Shown: positions 38,532 through 48,133, counted from the stretch's first letter. The stretch is 64,000 nt of DNA from Lachnospiraceae bacterium (GCA_017614155.1 JAGACK010000047.1:29096-93095); one strand, 5' to 3'. Program-made: numbers and translations. Notes: generated by a model not told the origin, from the letters alone.

Positions 38532-39296
38532 TTATCTGTTTTTGTCATATATTATCTTTAATCCTTTGAGCAGAAGATCGGGATCCAGGGTTATTTCATG
38601 CCTGCAGTGAGGGATTATGACTGAGGCCAGTCCGCCTGTTGCCACAACTGAGGCTTTCCCGCCGAGTTCTTCCTCAAAACGGTCTATCATCCCGTCTATC
38701 CTTGAGGCTTCACCATAGATGATTCCGCTTTTCATGGCGTCGATGGTGTTGGAGCCGATGACCTTTTTCGGAGTGGAAAAAGATATCCTTGGGAGCAGTG
38801 AAGTCTTTGAGACAAGGGATTCAAGCGATACATTTACTCCGGGGAAGATTATTCCTCCTATATAGGAACCTTCTGCATCTATCGCGGTCATCGTGGTTGC
38901 GGTTCCCATATCTATCACAATATTCGGCGCGCTGTAAAGGCTTTTGGCTGCAACTGAATCAACAGCTATATCCGCACCGAGTGAACCGGGATCATCTATC
39001 CTGATATCAAGACCGGTCTTCAGCCCGGCCCCTACAACCAAAGGTTCTGACCGGAAGAGTTTTCTGAGAGCATTTTTTACTCTGTGAGTCAGCGAAGGTA
39101 TGACAGACGAGATGATGCTTTCCGTGATCTCGTTTTCATTTACCTTGTGGATATCCAGCACTGATTTCAGGAGCATGGCATATTCAAGCTCGGTAGAATT
39201 GAGATTGGTGGATATCCTTTCGGTAAAGTGTATCTTTTCATCATCTATGCATCCGACGACAATATTGGTATTTCCCAGATCCAAAGCAAGCAGCAA
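38532..39296 (-). CDS. coaX: type III pantothenate kinase
   Basis: LLALDLGNTNIVVG, DRIADAV-like AVDSVAA, VIDMGTATT, TGG. TTG start. Confidence 0.9.
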   Translation of the reverse strand: MLLALDLGNTNIVVGCIDDEKIHFTERISTNLNSTELEYAMLLKSVLDIHKVNENEITESIISSVIPSLTHRVKNALRKLFRSEPLVVGAGLKTGLDIRIDDPGSLGADIAVDSVAAKSLYSAPNIVIDMGTATTMTAIDAEGSYIGGIIFPGVNVSLESLVSKTSLLPRISFSTPKKVIGSNTIDAMKSGIIYGEASRIDGMIDRFEEELGGKASVVATGGLASVIIPHCRHEITLDPDLLLKGLKIIYDKNR

Positions 39297-39314
39297 AAAT
39301 GATCACCACGCTTT

Positions 39315-39902
39315 CTATGAAGTCTTTTTTATCGCTGACAGTATCTTGATTATCACGGGTGTCAGGACTATATCAAATACGAGCTCAAAAAGGAAATTGA
39401 CGCCTATGAAGGCGACAAGGAGAAATACTACCGGATTCTGGCCGGCAGCGCTTTCTTCCAGAAGATTTCTGAACACTGTGAGCATCGCAATTGCAAAGAG
39501 TCCCGTGTTGGTGACGGGTGCGACAACAGCAGCGGTAGCGACTCCGACAAATTTGCGCTTCTCAAGACCTTTGTAAGCAAGTCCGGAAAAGAAGCCTGCA
39601 CCGGCACCCTTTGCCAGACAGGTTACAACCGTAAAGAACGGATTCTGATTGAACATTATCATGCTGAATGGTTCGAGACCGGATACTACGGTGATCACGA
39701 CTATAATCCCGAATATGAGGCCCAAAAGAGCCCCGGTAGCCGGCCCGTAAAGGATGGCACCTATTATTATCGGTATAAGGGCAAGCGTCGGCGTAAACGG
39801 TCCGAAATGGATACCTGATGCAAAAGCCTGCAGCACTATGACTATAGCTACAAGGATTGCGGTGCCAACAAGGCGCTGGACTTTTGAATTTCTGCTTAAC
39901 AT
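39315..39902 (-). CDS. ECF transporter S component (possibly pantothenate-specific PanT)
   Basis: ATG at 39902 with GGAGGAG upstream. About 6 TM helices with Gly/Ala-rich ECF-S character. Immediately upstream of coaX in the same operon. The ORF-track start at 40001 is an extension. Confidence 0.7.
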   Translation of the reverse strand: MLSRNSKVQRLVGTAILVAIVIVLQAFASGIHFGPFTPTLALIPIIIGAILYGPATGALLGLIFGIIVVITVVSGLEPFSMIMFNQNPFFTVVTCLAKGAGAGFFSGLAYKGLEKRKFVGVATAAVVAPVTNTGLFAIAMLTVFRNLLEESAAGQNPVVFLLVAFIGVNFLFELVFDIVLTPVIIKILSAIKKTS

Positions 39903-40008
39903 TATCTCCTCCTGCTGATATTCCTCAAAAATTGTGTTTTCTGCAATATAAAGGATACATCGCATTTGGTTAAACATAGCATAAAGAAGCTCAAAACACA
40001 AGAAATAA

Positions 40009-40038
40009 TTGACCTTTTGACGGATCAGGGGGTAATAT
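40009..40038 (+). promoter_or_regulatory. candidate sigma-A promoter for nudF
   Basis: TTGACC (40009-40014), 18-nt spacer, TAATAT (40033-40038). Confidence 0.5.
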
Positions 40039-40088
40039 AGGTGTGCTGTCTGCAGAAAATACGCAGAGCGAAGGACGGAGGACAGGTC

Positions 40089-40628
40089 GTGATAAAGGAT
40101 TTTGAACTGATCGAACGGAAAACGGTTGAAAAGACCCGTGTTTTTGAGTATTGCAAGGATACATTAAAGCTTCCTGACGGAAGGATAACTGTCTACGAGA
40201 CGCTTATACACAAGGGTGCGGCAGCTGTCGTGCCGGTGCTTGATGACGGAAGGATACTGCTCGTCAGGCAGTACAGGCACGCGATAAACAGGGTGGCGCT
40301 TGAGATACCTGCAGGAGGAAGAAACAGCACGGATGAACCTTTTATAGAGGCGGCAAAAAGAGAACTTGAAGAGGAGACCGGATACAGGAGCGATGATCTG
40401 GAGCATCTGATTTCGGTAGTTACGGCGATAGCCTATTGCGATGAGGTCATTGAAGTGTTCGTGGCAAAAAACCTGGTGCCGTCATCTCAAAACCTGGATC
40501 CTGATGAGTTTATCGAAGTGGAAGCATTTGAGCCTGAGATGCTTTCAAAGATGATATATGAAGGAAAGATTCAGGATTCGAAAACGATTGCGGCGATCAT
40601 GAGCTATCTTAATACATACAGGTCTTAA
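40089..40628 (+). CDS. nudF: NUDIX hydrolase (ADP-ribose pyrophosphatase type)
   Basis: GTG at 40089, 7 nt after GGAGG, downstream of the predicted -10 (the ORF-track start at 40041 would precede the TSS). Nudix box GGRNSTDEPFIEAAKRELEEETGY. Confidence 0.8.
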   Translation: MIKDFELIERKTVEKTRVFEYCKDTLKLPDGRITVYETLIHKGAAAVVPVLDDGRILLVRQYRHAINRVALEIPAGGRNSTDEPFIEAAKRELEEETGYRSDDLEHLISVVTAIAYCDEVIEVFVAKNLVPSSQNLDPDEFIEVEAFEPEMLSKMIYEGKIQDSKTIAAIMSYLNTYRS

Positions 40629-40681
40629 GATTTCATAAATCCTTTACATAAACAAATTATTTTTTTTTATTATGTCTTTTT

Positions 40682-40733
40682 ACAACATGTTGTTGGGTGA
40701 AAAAATGCGCTCAACGACATGTTGTTGTTTTTG
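40682..40733 (+). terminator. candidate rho-independent terminator built from two copies of a palindrome
   Basis: acaacatgttgttg (40682-40695) pairs with caacgacatgttgt (40712-40725) with one mismatch, about a 16-nt loop, followed by tgtttttg. Confidence 0.5.
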
Positions 40734-40777
40734 TCCGAAAGTGGGGATTTTAGGCGGAATTGAGGCAAAAAATGGCA

Positions 40778-40806
40778 TTGCTTTTCTCAAAAATCATATA
40801 TATAAT
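40778..40806 (+). promoter_or_regulatory. candidate sigma-A promoter for xerD
   Basis: TTGCTT (40778-40783), 17-nt spacer, TATAAT (40801-40806). Confidence 0.45.
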
Positions 40807-40838
40807 GTCATAAGTGGCGCTTCACGGAAGCACTGCGG

Positions 40839-41744
40839 ATGGAGAGGAAATATCAGTTTATGCAGGAACTCATTGAGGCATTCATAAATTATTTACATAA
40901 TGTAAAGAAAACCTCAAAGAACACGGAACTGTCATACAGGCGTGATCTGATGAAGATGAATTCATATTTTTCGGCCAGGGGCATCCGGGATGTCCATGAG
41001 GTTAAAAATGAGGATCTCGTCGGATATGTACAGCATTTTAATGAAGAAAAGGCAGCACCGGCTTCAGTGTCAAGGAGCATAGCGTCGATCAGGGCATTCT
41101 TTAATTATCTGGAGAAGGAGAGCATCATAGAGGCATCTCCTGCCGATGGCATCAAATCGCCTAAGATAGAAAAGAAGCTGCCGCAGATCCTGACACAGGA
41201 CGAGGTTATAAGGCTTTTGGAACAGCCCTCCGGAGATACTCCGAAGGACATCCGTGACAAGGCAATGCTGGAACTTCTGTATGCGACGGGCATGAGGGTG
41301 ACAGAGCTTATCACACTGAAGGTTTCGGATATCAATCTGCAGATGAATTATGTGGATTGTCATGATCCGAACAAGGACAGGATCATCCCCTTCGGCATAG
41401 AAGCCAGAAATGCCCTGAAGAATTATATAGAGCATTCCAGGGAGGCAATGATAGAGAACAAGAGTGAGGAAACCCTGTTTGTGAACTGTTCGGGCGCACC
41501 GATGTCGAGGCAGGGGTTCTGGAAGCTGATAAAGTATTATACGAAACGGGCCGGCATACAGATGGACATCACCCCGCATACACTAAGGCATTCGTTCGCG
41601 GCGCATCTGGTCGAGAACGGTGCGGACCTCAGATCGGTCCAGGAGATGCTGGGGCATTCGGATATATCCACCACTCAGATCTATGCGGCGTTAAGCCACA
41701 ATCATATCAGAGAAGTATATGAAAAAGCGCATCCGAGACATTAG
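40839..41744 (+). CDS. xerD: site-specific tyrosine recombinase XerD
   Basis: N-terminal SAM-like domain (FINYL..KNTELSYRRDL). Catalytic ATGMRVTEL..HTLRHSFAAHL..LGHSDISTTQIY. nudF-xerD neighbourhood as in Bacillus. Confidence 0.85.
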   Translation: MERKYQFMQELIEAFINYLHNVKKTSKNTELSYRRDLMKMNSYFSARGIRDVHEVKNEDLVGYVQHFNEEKAAPASVSRSIASIRAFFNYLEKESIIEASPADGIKSPKIEKKLPQILTQDEVIRLLEQPSGDTPKDIRDKAMLELLYATGMRVTELITLKVSDINLQMNYVDCHDPNKDRIIPFGIEARNALKNYIEHSREAMIENKSEETLFVNCSGAPMSRQGFWKLIKYYTKRAGIQMDITPHTLRHSFAAHLVENGADLRSVQEMLGHSDISTTQIYAALSHNHIREVYEKAHPRH

Positions 41745-41758
41745 GGGATGCGCTTTTC
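41725..41758. terminator. bidirectional terminator overlapping the xerD 3' end
   Basis: 10-bp stem aagcgcatcc/ggatgcgctt with an 11-nt loop. T-runs on both strands. It sits between convergent xerD and putP. Confidence 0.65.
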
Positions 41759-41761
41759 AGA

Positions 41762-43300
41762 TCACTTCGCATGCACTTCATCGTATATGTCTGTCACTTC
41801 TTTTTTAGGCGCCGGTGTCAGGCTGCTTACTATCAAGTTCACAACGAATGAAACTATGAAGGCGGGAAGAAGTTCATAGATGGCAAATGCTCCGCCCATG
41901 GGAGCGATCAGGAATTTCCATACAAACACCATCACTCCGCCGGCGATCAGTCCGGCTATCGCGCCCTGCCTGTTTGAGCGTCTCCTGAAAAGTGAAAGGA
42001 GCATGGTGGGACCGAAGGTTGCGCCAAATCCGGCCCATGCGAAGGATACGACGCGGAATACGGAACTGTCGGGATTCCACGCCAGGATGATGGCTATCGC
42101 GGCTATGCTTATAACTGTTGCTCTGGCAGCTATCATGGTCGCACGCTGGCTCAGGCTGATTTTGAAGAAATCCTGCATCAGATCCTGGGACACGCTGGAG
42201 GCTGCGGCAAGCAGCTGCGAATCGGCGGTAGACATCGTTGCGGCAAGGATACCGGCAAGGATGATACCGGCTATCAGAGCAAGGATGAAACCGTGCCGGC
42301 TCATCAGGTCCGCTATTCTTATTATGACCGTTTCGGATTCAGAACTTGAACCAAGCATGGGTATCTTTCCGGCCTTTGAAACGCTGTATCCCACGATCCC
42401 GATGAAGATCGCCACTGTCATTGATACGAGAGCCCATATCGAGGCGATGCGGCGGGAGATCTTCAGATCAGTCTCATTCTTTATAGCCATGAAGCGGAGA
42501 AGTATATGAGGCATTCCGAAATATCCCAGACCCCAGGCCATGGTTGACACGATCGCGAGGAAGCCGAAGGAACCGGCTGTTCCCGTAGATGCATCATAGC
42601 CCTTGAAAACGGAAAGATATCCCGGCAGAGCCTTTGCGTTTTCCATTACATTTGACATGCCGCCGGCCTGGTCAATTCCGAAGAATACGACTACAACCAG
42701 CGCTATAGTCATGAATATGCTCTGTATGAGGTCGGTTGTTGATACTGCCAGAAACCCGCCCAGGGTTGTATAGGTTATTATAATAACTGCCCCGAAAAGC
42801 ATGGCAATATGGTATTCAACCCCGAACAGGCTGTTAAACAGCGTTCCGACAGCCTTGAAACCCGATGCCGTATACGGGATGAAGAAAACGAGGATGATTA
42901 TCGCGGAAATACAGGACAGTGCATGCGATCTGTCATCATATCTGTTCGAAAAGAATTCCGGTATCGTGAAGGCGTTTAGCCTTGCGGAATATCTTCGCAG
43001 AAGCCTTGATACCAGGAGGAAATTGAGATATGTGCCAAGTGCGAGGCCTATGACGGTCCAGCTTACTTCCGCTACTCCTGCTATATAGGCAAGGCCCGGC
43101 AGACCCATGAGGAGGTAGCTGCTCATATCCGATGCCTCTGCGCTCATGGCAGTGACAAGTGGTCCCAGAGTCCTTCCGCCGATATAAAAGCCGTCCGCAG
43201 TGTCGGCGACGCCCTTCCTGTTGAAGATGACGCCTACCATAAGCATTGCGAACAGGTACGCAACAATGGTTACAACAATGATTATCTGTGCGGTTGTCAT
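41762..43300 (-). CDS. putP: sodium:proline symporter (SSF family)
   Basis: 512 aa, about 13 TM helices. GGRTLGP..SDMSSYLLMGLPG and the overall SSF/PutP pattern. Confidence 0.8.
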   Translation of the reverse strand: MTTAQIIIVVTIVAYLFAMLMVGVIFNRKGVADTADGFYIGGRTLGPLVTAMSAEASDMSSYLLMGLPGLAYIAGVAEVSWTVIGLALGTYLNFLLVSRLLRRYSARLNAFTIPEFFSNRYDDRSHALSCISAIIILVFFIPYTASGFKAVGTLFNSLFGVEYHIAMLFGAVIIITYTTLGGFLAVSTTDLIQSIFMTIALVVVVFFGIDQAGGMSNVMENAKALPGYLSVFKGYDASTGTAGSFGFLAIVSTMAWGLGYFGMPHILLRFMAIKNETDLKISRRIASIWALVSMTVAIFIGIVGYSVSKAGKIPMLGSSSESETVIIRIADLMSRHGFILALIAGIILAGILAATMSTADSQLLAAASSVSQDLMQDFFKISLSQRATMIAARATVISIAAIAIILAWNPDSSVFRVVSFAWAGFGATFGPTMLLSLFRRRSNRQGAIAGLIAGGVMVFVWKFLIAPMGGAFAIYELLPAFIVSFVVNLIVSSLTPAPKKEVTDIYDEVHAK

Positions 43301-43337
43301 GGTGATTCTCCTTAAATATCGATAAATTTATTCGTTT

Positions 43338-43366
43338 AGTATATTTTATTATGTCTCATCCGTCAA
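43338..43366 (-). promoter_or_regulatory. candidate sigma-A promoter for putP
   Basis: On the minus strand: TTGACG, 17-nt spacer, TATACT. Confidence 0.5.
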
Positions 43367-43393
43367 ATGTCAGGGCTGATCCAAAAGCCTTAC

Positions 43394-43422
43394 TGTTCAA
43401 ATATAAGGTAATCTGATATAAT
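43394..43422 (+). promoter_or_regulatory. candidate extended -10 promoter
   Basis: TGaTATAAT (43414-43422) with a weak -35 tgttca. Confidence 0.4.
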
Positions 43423-43459
43423 AATAAGACTTATCGGCATATGTATAAGGAGGATTGGT

Positions 43460-43786
43460 TTGAGGATAGCGGTAGCGGATAAAGAAGGCAGTGTAGCTGA
43501 TTTCAGGGATGCGGAAAGCTTTCTGCTCTTTGATCTGGAAAACAAAAGCGTGAAGCTTGCCCAGAGCGTCACCGTGAGGAAGGACTGGTACATGTCCGTG
43601 CCCGAATTCCTTGCAGAAGAGGAAACGGATGCCGTGATCTGCAATGGTATAGGAAGAGGGGCAAGGTCCTCCTTCAGGGAAGCAGACATAGAGGTTTACG
43701 GGGGCGTTAAGGGAGGCTGCGAAGATGCGATGCAGGCTTTTATGAACGGAACACTTTCCTTTGACCCCTTGGCCGGGATGATGTAA
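43460..43786 (+). CDS. NifB/NifX-family (Nitro_FeMo-Co) small protein
   Basis: TTG start after AAGGAGG. MRIAVA....V..F..A..FLLFDLE....KL..AVICNGIGRGA...F.EA.IEVY is the typical family pattern. Confidence 0.7.
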   Translation: MRIAVADKEGSVADFRDAESFLLFDLENKSVKLAQSVTVRKDWYMSVPEFLAEEETDAVICNGIGRGARSSFREADIEVYGGVKGGCEDAMQAFMNGTLSFDPLAGMM

Positions 43787-43810
43787 CTGAACCAAGGGGA
43801 TTATCATTAA

Positions 43811-44914
43811 ATGGCTATAAAAAGGAAATTTATAAGTACCAGGCTGCTTCACAAAGGCATGAGGATAGACCAGGCGGTAAAGGATTCAACCGGCAGGGCG
43901 CTGATAGAGAAGGGAGCATATCTCGATGATTTTCAGATAGAGTATCTTCTCGACAAGGGCATAGGGGGCATATATATTTCGGAAGGAGAAGCAGATCCCG
44001 ATGAGCTTGAACTTCAGATACCCCAGTATACGAAGGACCTGATACAGAAGGAAAGAAAGGAAGACAGAAAGAAAGTCAGGCTCAACGCGGAGGTCATCGA
44101 AAGAGTCGGAAAGGGAGTCCAGTATCTCTTTGACAATTCAGATTCGGAAAATCTCTCGGAGGCAACAAACAATGTCTCAAACGAGCTGATAAAGGTAATA
44201 AGTGACAGCGATGCGGTCGCCGTTGATATCAATCTGATAAAGGTCAGCGATGAGTATACTTTCAAGCACAGTGTTGATGTCGCGACCATGGCCATGATAA
44301 TCGGAAAGAATTACGGCCTTGAGCAGGAGGAACTGCGGGAACTCTGTACGGCAGGACTTCTGCACGATCTGGGCAAATCAAAGATTCCGCTTGAAGTACT
44401 GAACAAGCCCGGAAAGCTTGATGATAATGAGTTCGCGCTTATGAAGCAGCATTCACTCTTTGGGTTCAAGATACTGAAAGAGAGAAACGAGTTCCCTGAG
44501 TCTATCATGCTCGGGGTGCTCCAGCACCATGAGAAGATGAACGGCAAGGGATATCCGCAGGGAGTACCGTCAAACCGTATACACAAATATGCAAGGATAA
44601 TATCCGTGGCGGATGTGTATGATGCGCTGGTAACGAAAAGACCGTACAAGGACGGTCTTCCCAAAAGGGTTGCCATTGAGATGATAATGGCCATGACGCA
44701 GGAACTTGATATAGATGCCATGAGAAGCTTCCTGAAGAGCATAATCCTGTATCCGGTTGACAGCATTGTCCATCTTTCCACGGGAGAGCCATGCAAGGTC
44801 GTGGAGAATAACAAACAGAATGTCCTAAGGCCGAGGGTCGTTGGACTGAAGACGGGAAAGGTCTATGATCTGGCAAATGATGTGGCATGTGCCAGCATGC
44901 TGATCGTCGATTAG
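43811..44914 (+). CDS. HD-GYP domain protein (putative cyclic-di-GMP phosphodiesterase)
   Basis: HSVDVA..AGLLHDLGK..HHEKMNGKGYPQG, with N- and C-terminal accessory domains. Confidence 0.85.
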   Translation: MAIKRKFISTRLLHKGMRIDQAVKDSTGRALIEKGAYLDDFQIEYLLDKGIGGIYISEGEADPDELELQIPQYTKDLIQKERKEDRKKVRLNAEVIERVGKGVQYLFDNSDSENLSEATNNVSNELIKVISDSDAVAVDINLIKVSDEYTFKHSVDVATMAMIIGKNYGLEQEELRELCTAGLLHDLGKSKIPLEVLNKPGKLDDNEFALMKQHSLFGFKILKERNEFPESIMLGVLQHHEKMNGKGYPQGVPSNRIHKYARIISVADVYDALVTKRPYKDGLPKRVAIEMIMAMTQELDIDAMRSFLKSIILYPVDSIVHLSTGEPCKVVENNKQNVLRPRVVGLKTGKVYDLANDVACASMLIVD

Positions 44915-44977
44915 AGATTTTCTGCATTTATTATTAATAAAACCGCCGCTTGATGCGGCAAAAAGGGGGAATCCAAA

Positions 44978-46126
44978 ATGAATAGGAAAGAAATGTTCTT
45001 CGGAAAGCTGTTGCCTGCCATCATGCTCGTTACAGTATTTGTTACCGGATGCGGTTCGGCCATGGGAAGCGTAGCCGAAAAAGCATCCGAGGTCGCATAT
45101 GAAGCGGCTTCTGACCTTGCAGATTATGGCAGCATGAATGATGCTGCGCCTGTTGCAAAGGCTGCGAGAGGTTACGCCGCAGAAAACATGGAGTTTGATG
45201 CTGTGGAAGAAGCATCAGACGGGGGATATGAAGAACCTGCATATACGGAAGATGATATTACGACTGTAGGTTCAACGGAAGACACGCCTGTGCTTGATGC
45301 TGACAAGATTGTTTATTATGCGGATATCAGCCTGAGCTCAAAGCATTTTGAAAATGCAAGGGACCAGATTGGAAAGCTTGCCGATAAATACGGAGCGATC
45401 CTTGAAAATGAGAACTACAGCGAGGGCGATATAGACTGGTATACAAGGGGAGATGAGGACGGATCCAAACGCAGGAACTATTATGTGGTATACAGGGTGC
45501 CTGCTGAGAATTACAAGGCTCTTTTATCTGAAGCTTATGACCTTGATGCTGTTGTCAGCAGCCTGAACAGGAATGCCCAGAACATCACCAGAAGCTATTA
45601 TGATACCAAGGCCGAGATAGAGTCTCTTGAAACAGAGATGGAGCAGCTTGAGGATATAATGAAGGATGCAAAGAAGATAGAGGATGTCCTTTATATCCAG
45701 GAGAGGATCACAGAAGTAAGGACACAGCTGAATCGTAATAAATCTGAACTTCAGAGGATGGATATGGATGTCGCCTATTCATATGTCAATATTTCGCTGC
45801 AGGAGGTGAAGGAATACAAAGAGCCTGAACCGCCGGCAGATCTTCCGTTTGATCAGCAGGTGATGCAGAGTTTCAACAATTCCATCATAGAGTTCTACCA
45901 GTTCTGTGACGATGCGACGATCTTTATAGCCAGAAACTGGATAAAGATACTTGCGTGGCTGGTAGTCATCCTGATAATCATTTCCATCATCAGGGGAGGC
46001 GGAGCAAGAAGATATGCAAGGAGAGAGCTTAAGCGTGAATATAAGGAAAAAAAGCTTGAGATGAAGAAGAAATACCGTCAGATGAAGCAGGAGAAAAAGG
46101 AAGAAAGAAAACGGGAAAAAGAATAG
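44978..46126 (+). CDS. lipoprotein, DUF4349-like (coiled coil plus C-terminal TM and Lys-rich tail)
   Basis: Lipobox VTGCGS. YYADISL..F.NA...I..L, then a coiled coil, then TM segment ILAWLVVILIIISII. Confidence 0.6.
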   Translation: MNRKEMFFGKLLPAIMLVTVFVTGCGSAMGSVAEKASEVAYEAASDLADYGSMNDAAPVAKAARGYAAENMEFDAVEEASDGGYEEPAYTEDDITTVGSTEDTPVLDADKIVYYADISLSSKHFENARDQIGKLADKYGAILENENYSEGDIDWYTRGDEDGSKRRNYYVVYRVPAENYKALLSEAYDLDAVVSSLNRNAQNITRSYYDTKAEIESLETEMEQLEDIMKDAKKIEDVLYIQERITEVRTQLNRNKSELQRMDMDVAYSYVNISLQEVKEYKEPEPPADLPFDQQVMQSFNNSIIEFYQFCDDATIFIARNWIKILAWLVVILIIISIIRGGGARRYARRELKREYKEKKLEMKKKYRQMKQEKKEERKREKE

Positions 46127-46146
46127 AACTGCTTTTTTTGCTGATG

Positions 46147-46188
46147 AAGATAAGGCCCTATCCTTCGGGAAGGGCCTTATCTTTTGAG
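46147..46188 (+). terminator. rho-independent terminator (hairpin overlaps the 3' end of the convergent antiporter gene)
   Basis: Perfect 13-bp stem aagataaggccct/agggccttatctt with an 11-nt loop (inner tcc-ttcg-gga), then tt. Confidence 0.65.
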
Positions 46189-47342
46189 TAAACCAGTTTG
46201 AGGAGTACGGGAGTGATGATGGAACTGGCGATTATCAGAAGGATAACTGAGGTAAAATATGTGTGTTCCAAAAGACCTGCGGCCAGTCCGCGTTGCGCGA
46301 CTATCAGGGCAACCTCGCCTCTGGTCATCATCCCCAGTCCTATCTTGAGGCTGTCGTTCATCCTGTAGCCCATACAGAGCGAAACGCCCGAGCATCCGAT
46401 TACCTTGGAGATAAGTCCGACGGCCACGAAAGCGACGGAAAACAGAAGAATGCCTGAGTTCACGCTCCGGATATTGGTCTGAAGTCCGATACTGCAGAAG
46501 AACACGGGACCGAAGAGCATATAGGAATTTACATCCATCTTTCTGGAAATATAATCCGAATCGTCAAGCGAGCTTAAGATGACACCGGCTATATATGCAC
46601 CGGTGATATCGGCAACATGGAAATACTCCGATGCCAGGTATGATAGTATGAAAGCAAGCGCCATTCCCATGATGGGTATGCGTCTGGTGTGGGGGTAGCG
46701 TTTGTCTATCCGTTTGAAGATATGATAGACCACGATTCCTACTCCGAGAGAAAAAACAAAGAAAAGCGCTGTCCTGAAGACAACATCCCATATCTTTGCA
46801 TCCGGATCCCGAAATCCTATTACGACCGTAAGAACAACAATGCCGATGACATCATCTATGATCGCGGCGCTCATTATTGTCGTACCGATGGCATCGGAAA
46901 GCTTTCCCATCTCCTTTAAGGTCTGTACAGTGATGCTTACAGAGGTTGCAGTAAGTATAGTGCCGATGAATAAGGCTTTCAGGAAGTGTTCGCTTCCGGG
47001 GGCGCAGAATCCGTAAAAACACATGTAGAGAACTGTTCCGAAGATCAGAGGCACAAAAACGCCGGCGCATGCGATGACGGTGGATTTGATTCCGGTCTCC
47101 TTCAGCTGTTTGATGTCTGTATTGAGACCGGCGGAAAACATGAGCATTATCACGCCGATTTCTGCCATGCCCTGAAGAAAATCTGATGACTGGACGATGC
47201 CGAGCAGAGACGGGCCTATTATCAGTCCGGCGATGATCTCGCCTACGACCATGGGGGCTTTTATCTTCCGGGCCACCAGTCCGAAGAACTTGGCGGCAAG
47301 TACTATTATGGCAAGCTGTTTTAATATCTCTGTGGTATCCAT
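46158..47342 (-). CDS. cation:proton antiporter (Na+/H+ exchanger family)
   Basis: ATG at 47342, 6 nt after AAGGAG. About 11 TM helices. N-terminus LKQLAIIVLAAKFFGLVARKIKAPMVVGEIIAGLIIGPS is typical of CPA2/NapA-type proteins. Confidence 0.85.
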   Translation of the reverse strand: MDTTEILKQLAIIVLAAKFFGLVARKIKAPMVVGEIIAGLIIGPSLLGIVQSSDFLQGMAEIGVIMLMFSAGLNTDIKQLKETGIKSTVIACAGVFVPLIFGTVLYMCFYGFCAPGSEHFLKALFIGTILTATSVSITVQTLKEMGKLSDAIGTTIMSAAIIDDVIGIVVLTVVIGFRDPDAKIWDVVFRTALFFVFSLGVGIVVYHIFKRIDKRYPHTRRIPIMGMALAFILSYLASEYFHVADITGAYIAGVILSSLDDSDYISRKMDVNSYMLFGPVFFCSIGLQTNIRSVNSGILLFSVAFVAVGLISKVIGCSGVSLCMGYRMNDSLKIGLGMMTRGEVALIVAQRGLAAGLLEHTYFTSVILLIIASSIITPVLLKLVYSKDKALPEG

Positions 47343-47438
47343 GATATTCTCCTTGTTTTGTATGATCACAGGATAATTATTTTAGTTTTTTATGTTTTTT
47401 TAGTCAAGTTGGATTTTTTATGATATCATAATGCTGTT

Positions 47439-47987
47439 ATGGAAGAACAGATACTGCTTTTTATTCAGAACAATATCAGAAATCCTCTGCTTGATCCGGT
47501 GATGCTTTTTATAACAGGCCTTTGTAACGGCGGTATGATCTGGATAGCGCTGATAGTAGCGCTGCTGATCTTCAAAAAGACCAGAAAGATCGGGCTGTGC
47601 TGCCTGGCGGCTCTCCTGATCAATGCGATCATCGTAAATGTGATCGTAAAACCTCTGGTCGGAAGGATCAGGCCATATGAGGTCATAGAGGGACTCATAT
47701 GTTTGATTGGACCGCAGAAGGATGCATCGTTTCCTTCGGGACATACGGCTGCTTCATTTTCGGTTGCAGTTGCGTTTTTTATGAAGGCTCCAAAGAAATT
47801 CGGTATTCCGGTTGTCATTCTTGCTGTGCTGATTGCCTACTCAAGGCTTCATGTGGGGGTGCATTATCCCACAGATGTTCTTTTCGGAGCGGTCTTTGGG
47901 ATCGTTGCGGCCTTCTTTGGTGTGTTTATCGTTGACAGGGTTTTCGAGGCAATCAAAAAAAAGAAAGCCGGCGGTGTCAGCGAATGA
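47439..47987 (+). CDS. PAP2 family phosphatase (undecaprenyl-diphosphatase-like)
   Basis: The three PAP2 motifs: KPLVGRIRP, PSGHTA, SRLHVGVHYPTDV. Confidence 0.85.
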   Translation: MEEQILLFIQNNIRNPLLDPVMLFITGLCNGGMIWIALIVALLIFKKTRKIGLCCLAALLINAIIVNVIVKPLVGRIRPYEVIEGLICLIGPQKDASFPSGHTAASFSVAVAFFMKAPKKFGIPVVILAVLIAYSRLHVGVHYPTDVLFGAVFGIVAAFFGVFIVDRVFEAIKKKKAGGVSE

Positions 47988-48020
47988 TTACAAAAGTATT
48001 AAATCTTTATTAAAAATCAA

Positions 48021-48049
48021 TTGAACACCACCCGTTCCGGTGGTAAAAT
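48021..48049 (+). promoter_or_regulatory. candidate sigma-A promoter with extended -10
   Basis: TTGAAC (48021-48026), 17-nt spacer (contains the accacc/ggtggt hairpin), TGgTAAAAT (48041-48049). Confidence 0.5.
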
Positions 48050-48133
48050 CATAAGAAAAGCATACTTGATCATTTGTGTCTGAAGCTGTCTGAGGATGGC
48101 ATGATTATTTCATAATGATCGGAGGGAGAGAAA

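Noticed and set aside
40672-40887. 71-aa ORF with a TTCCCFC cysteine run, considered as a Cys-sensing leader peptide
   Set aside because: The Cys codons are a by-product of the TGTTGTTGT palindrome/terminator. There is no RBS, and the ORF runs through the predicted xerD promoter and start.
40839-41744. Tyrosine recombinase as a marker of an integrated mobile element
   Set aside because: It has the XerD-type sequence and the Bacillus-like nudF-xerD synteny. There are no flanking direct repeats, tRNA target or cargo genes.
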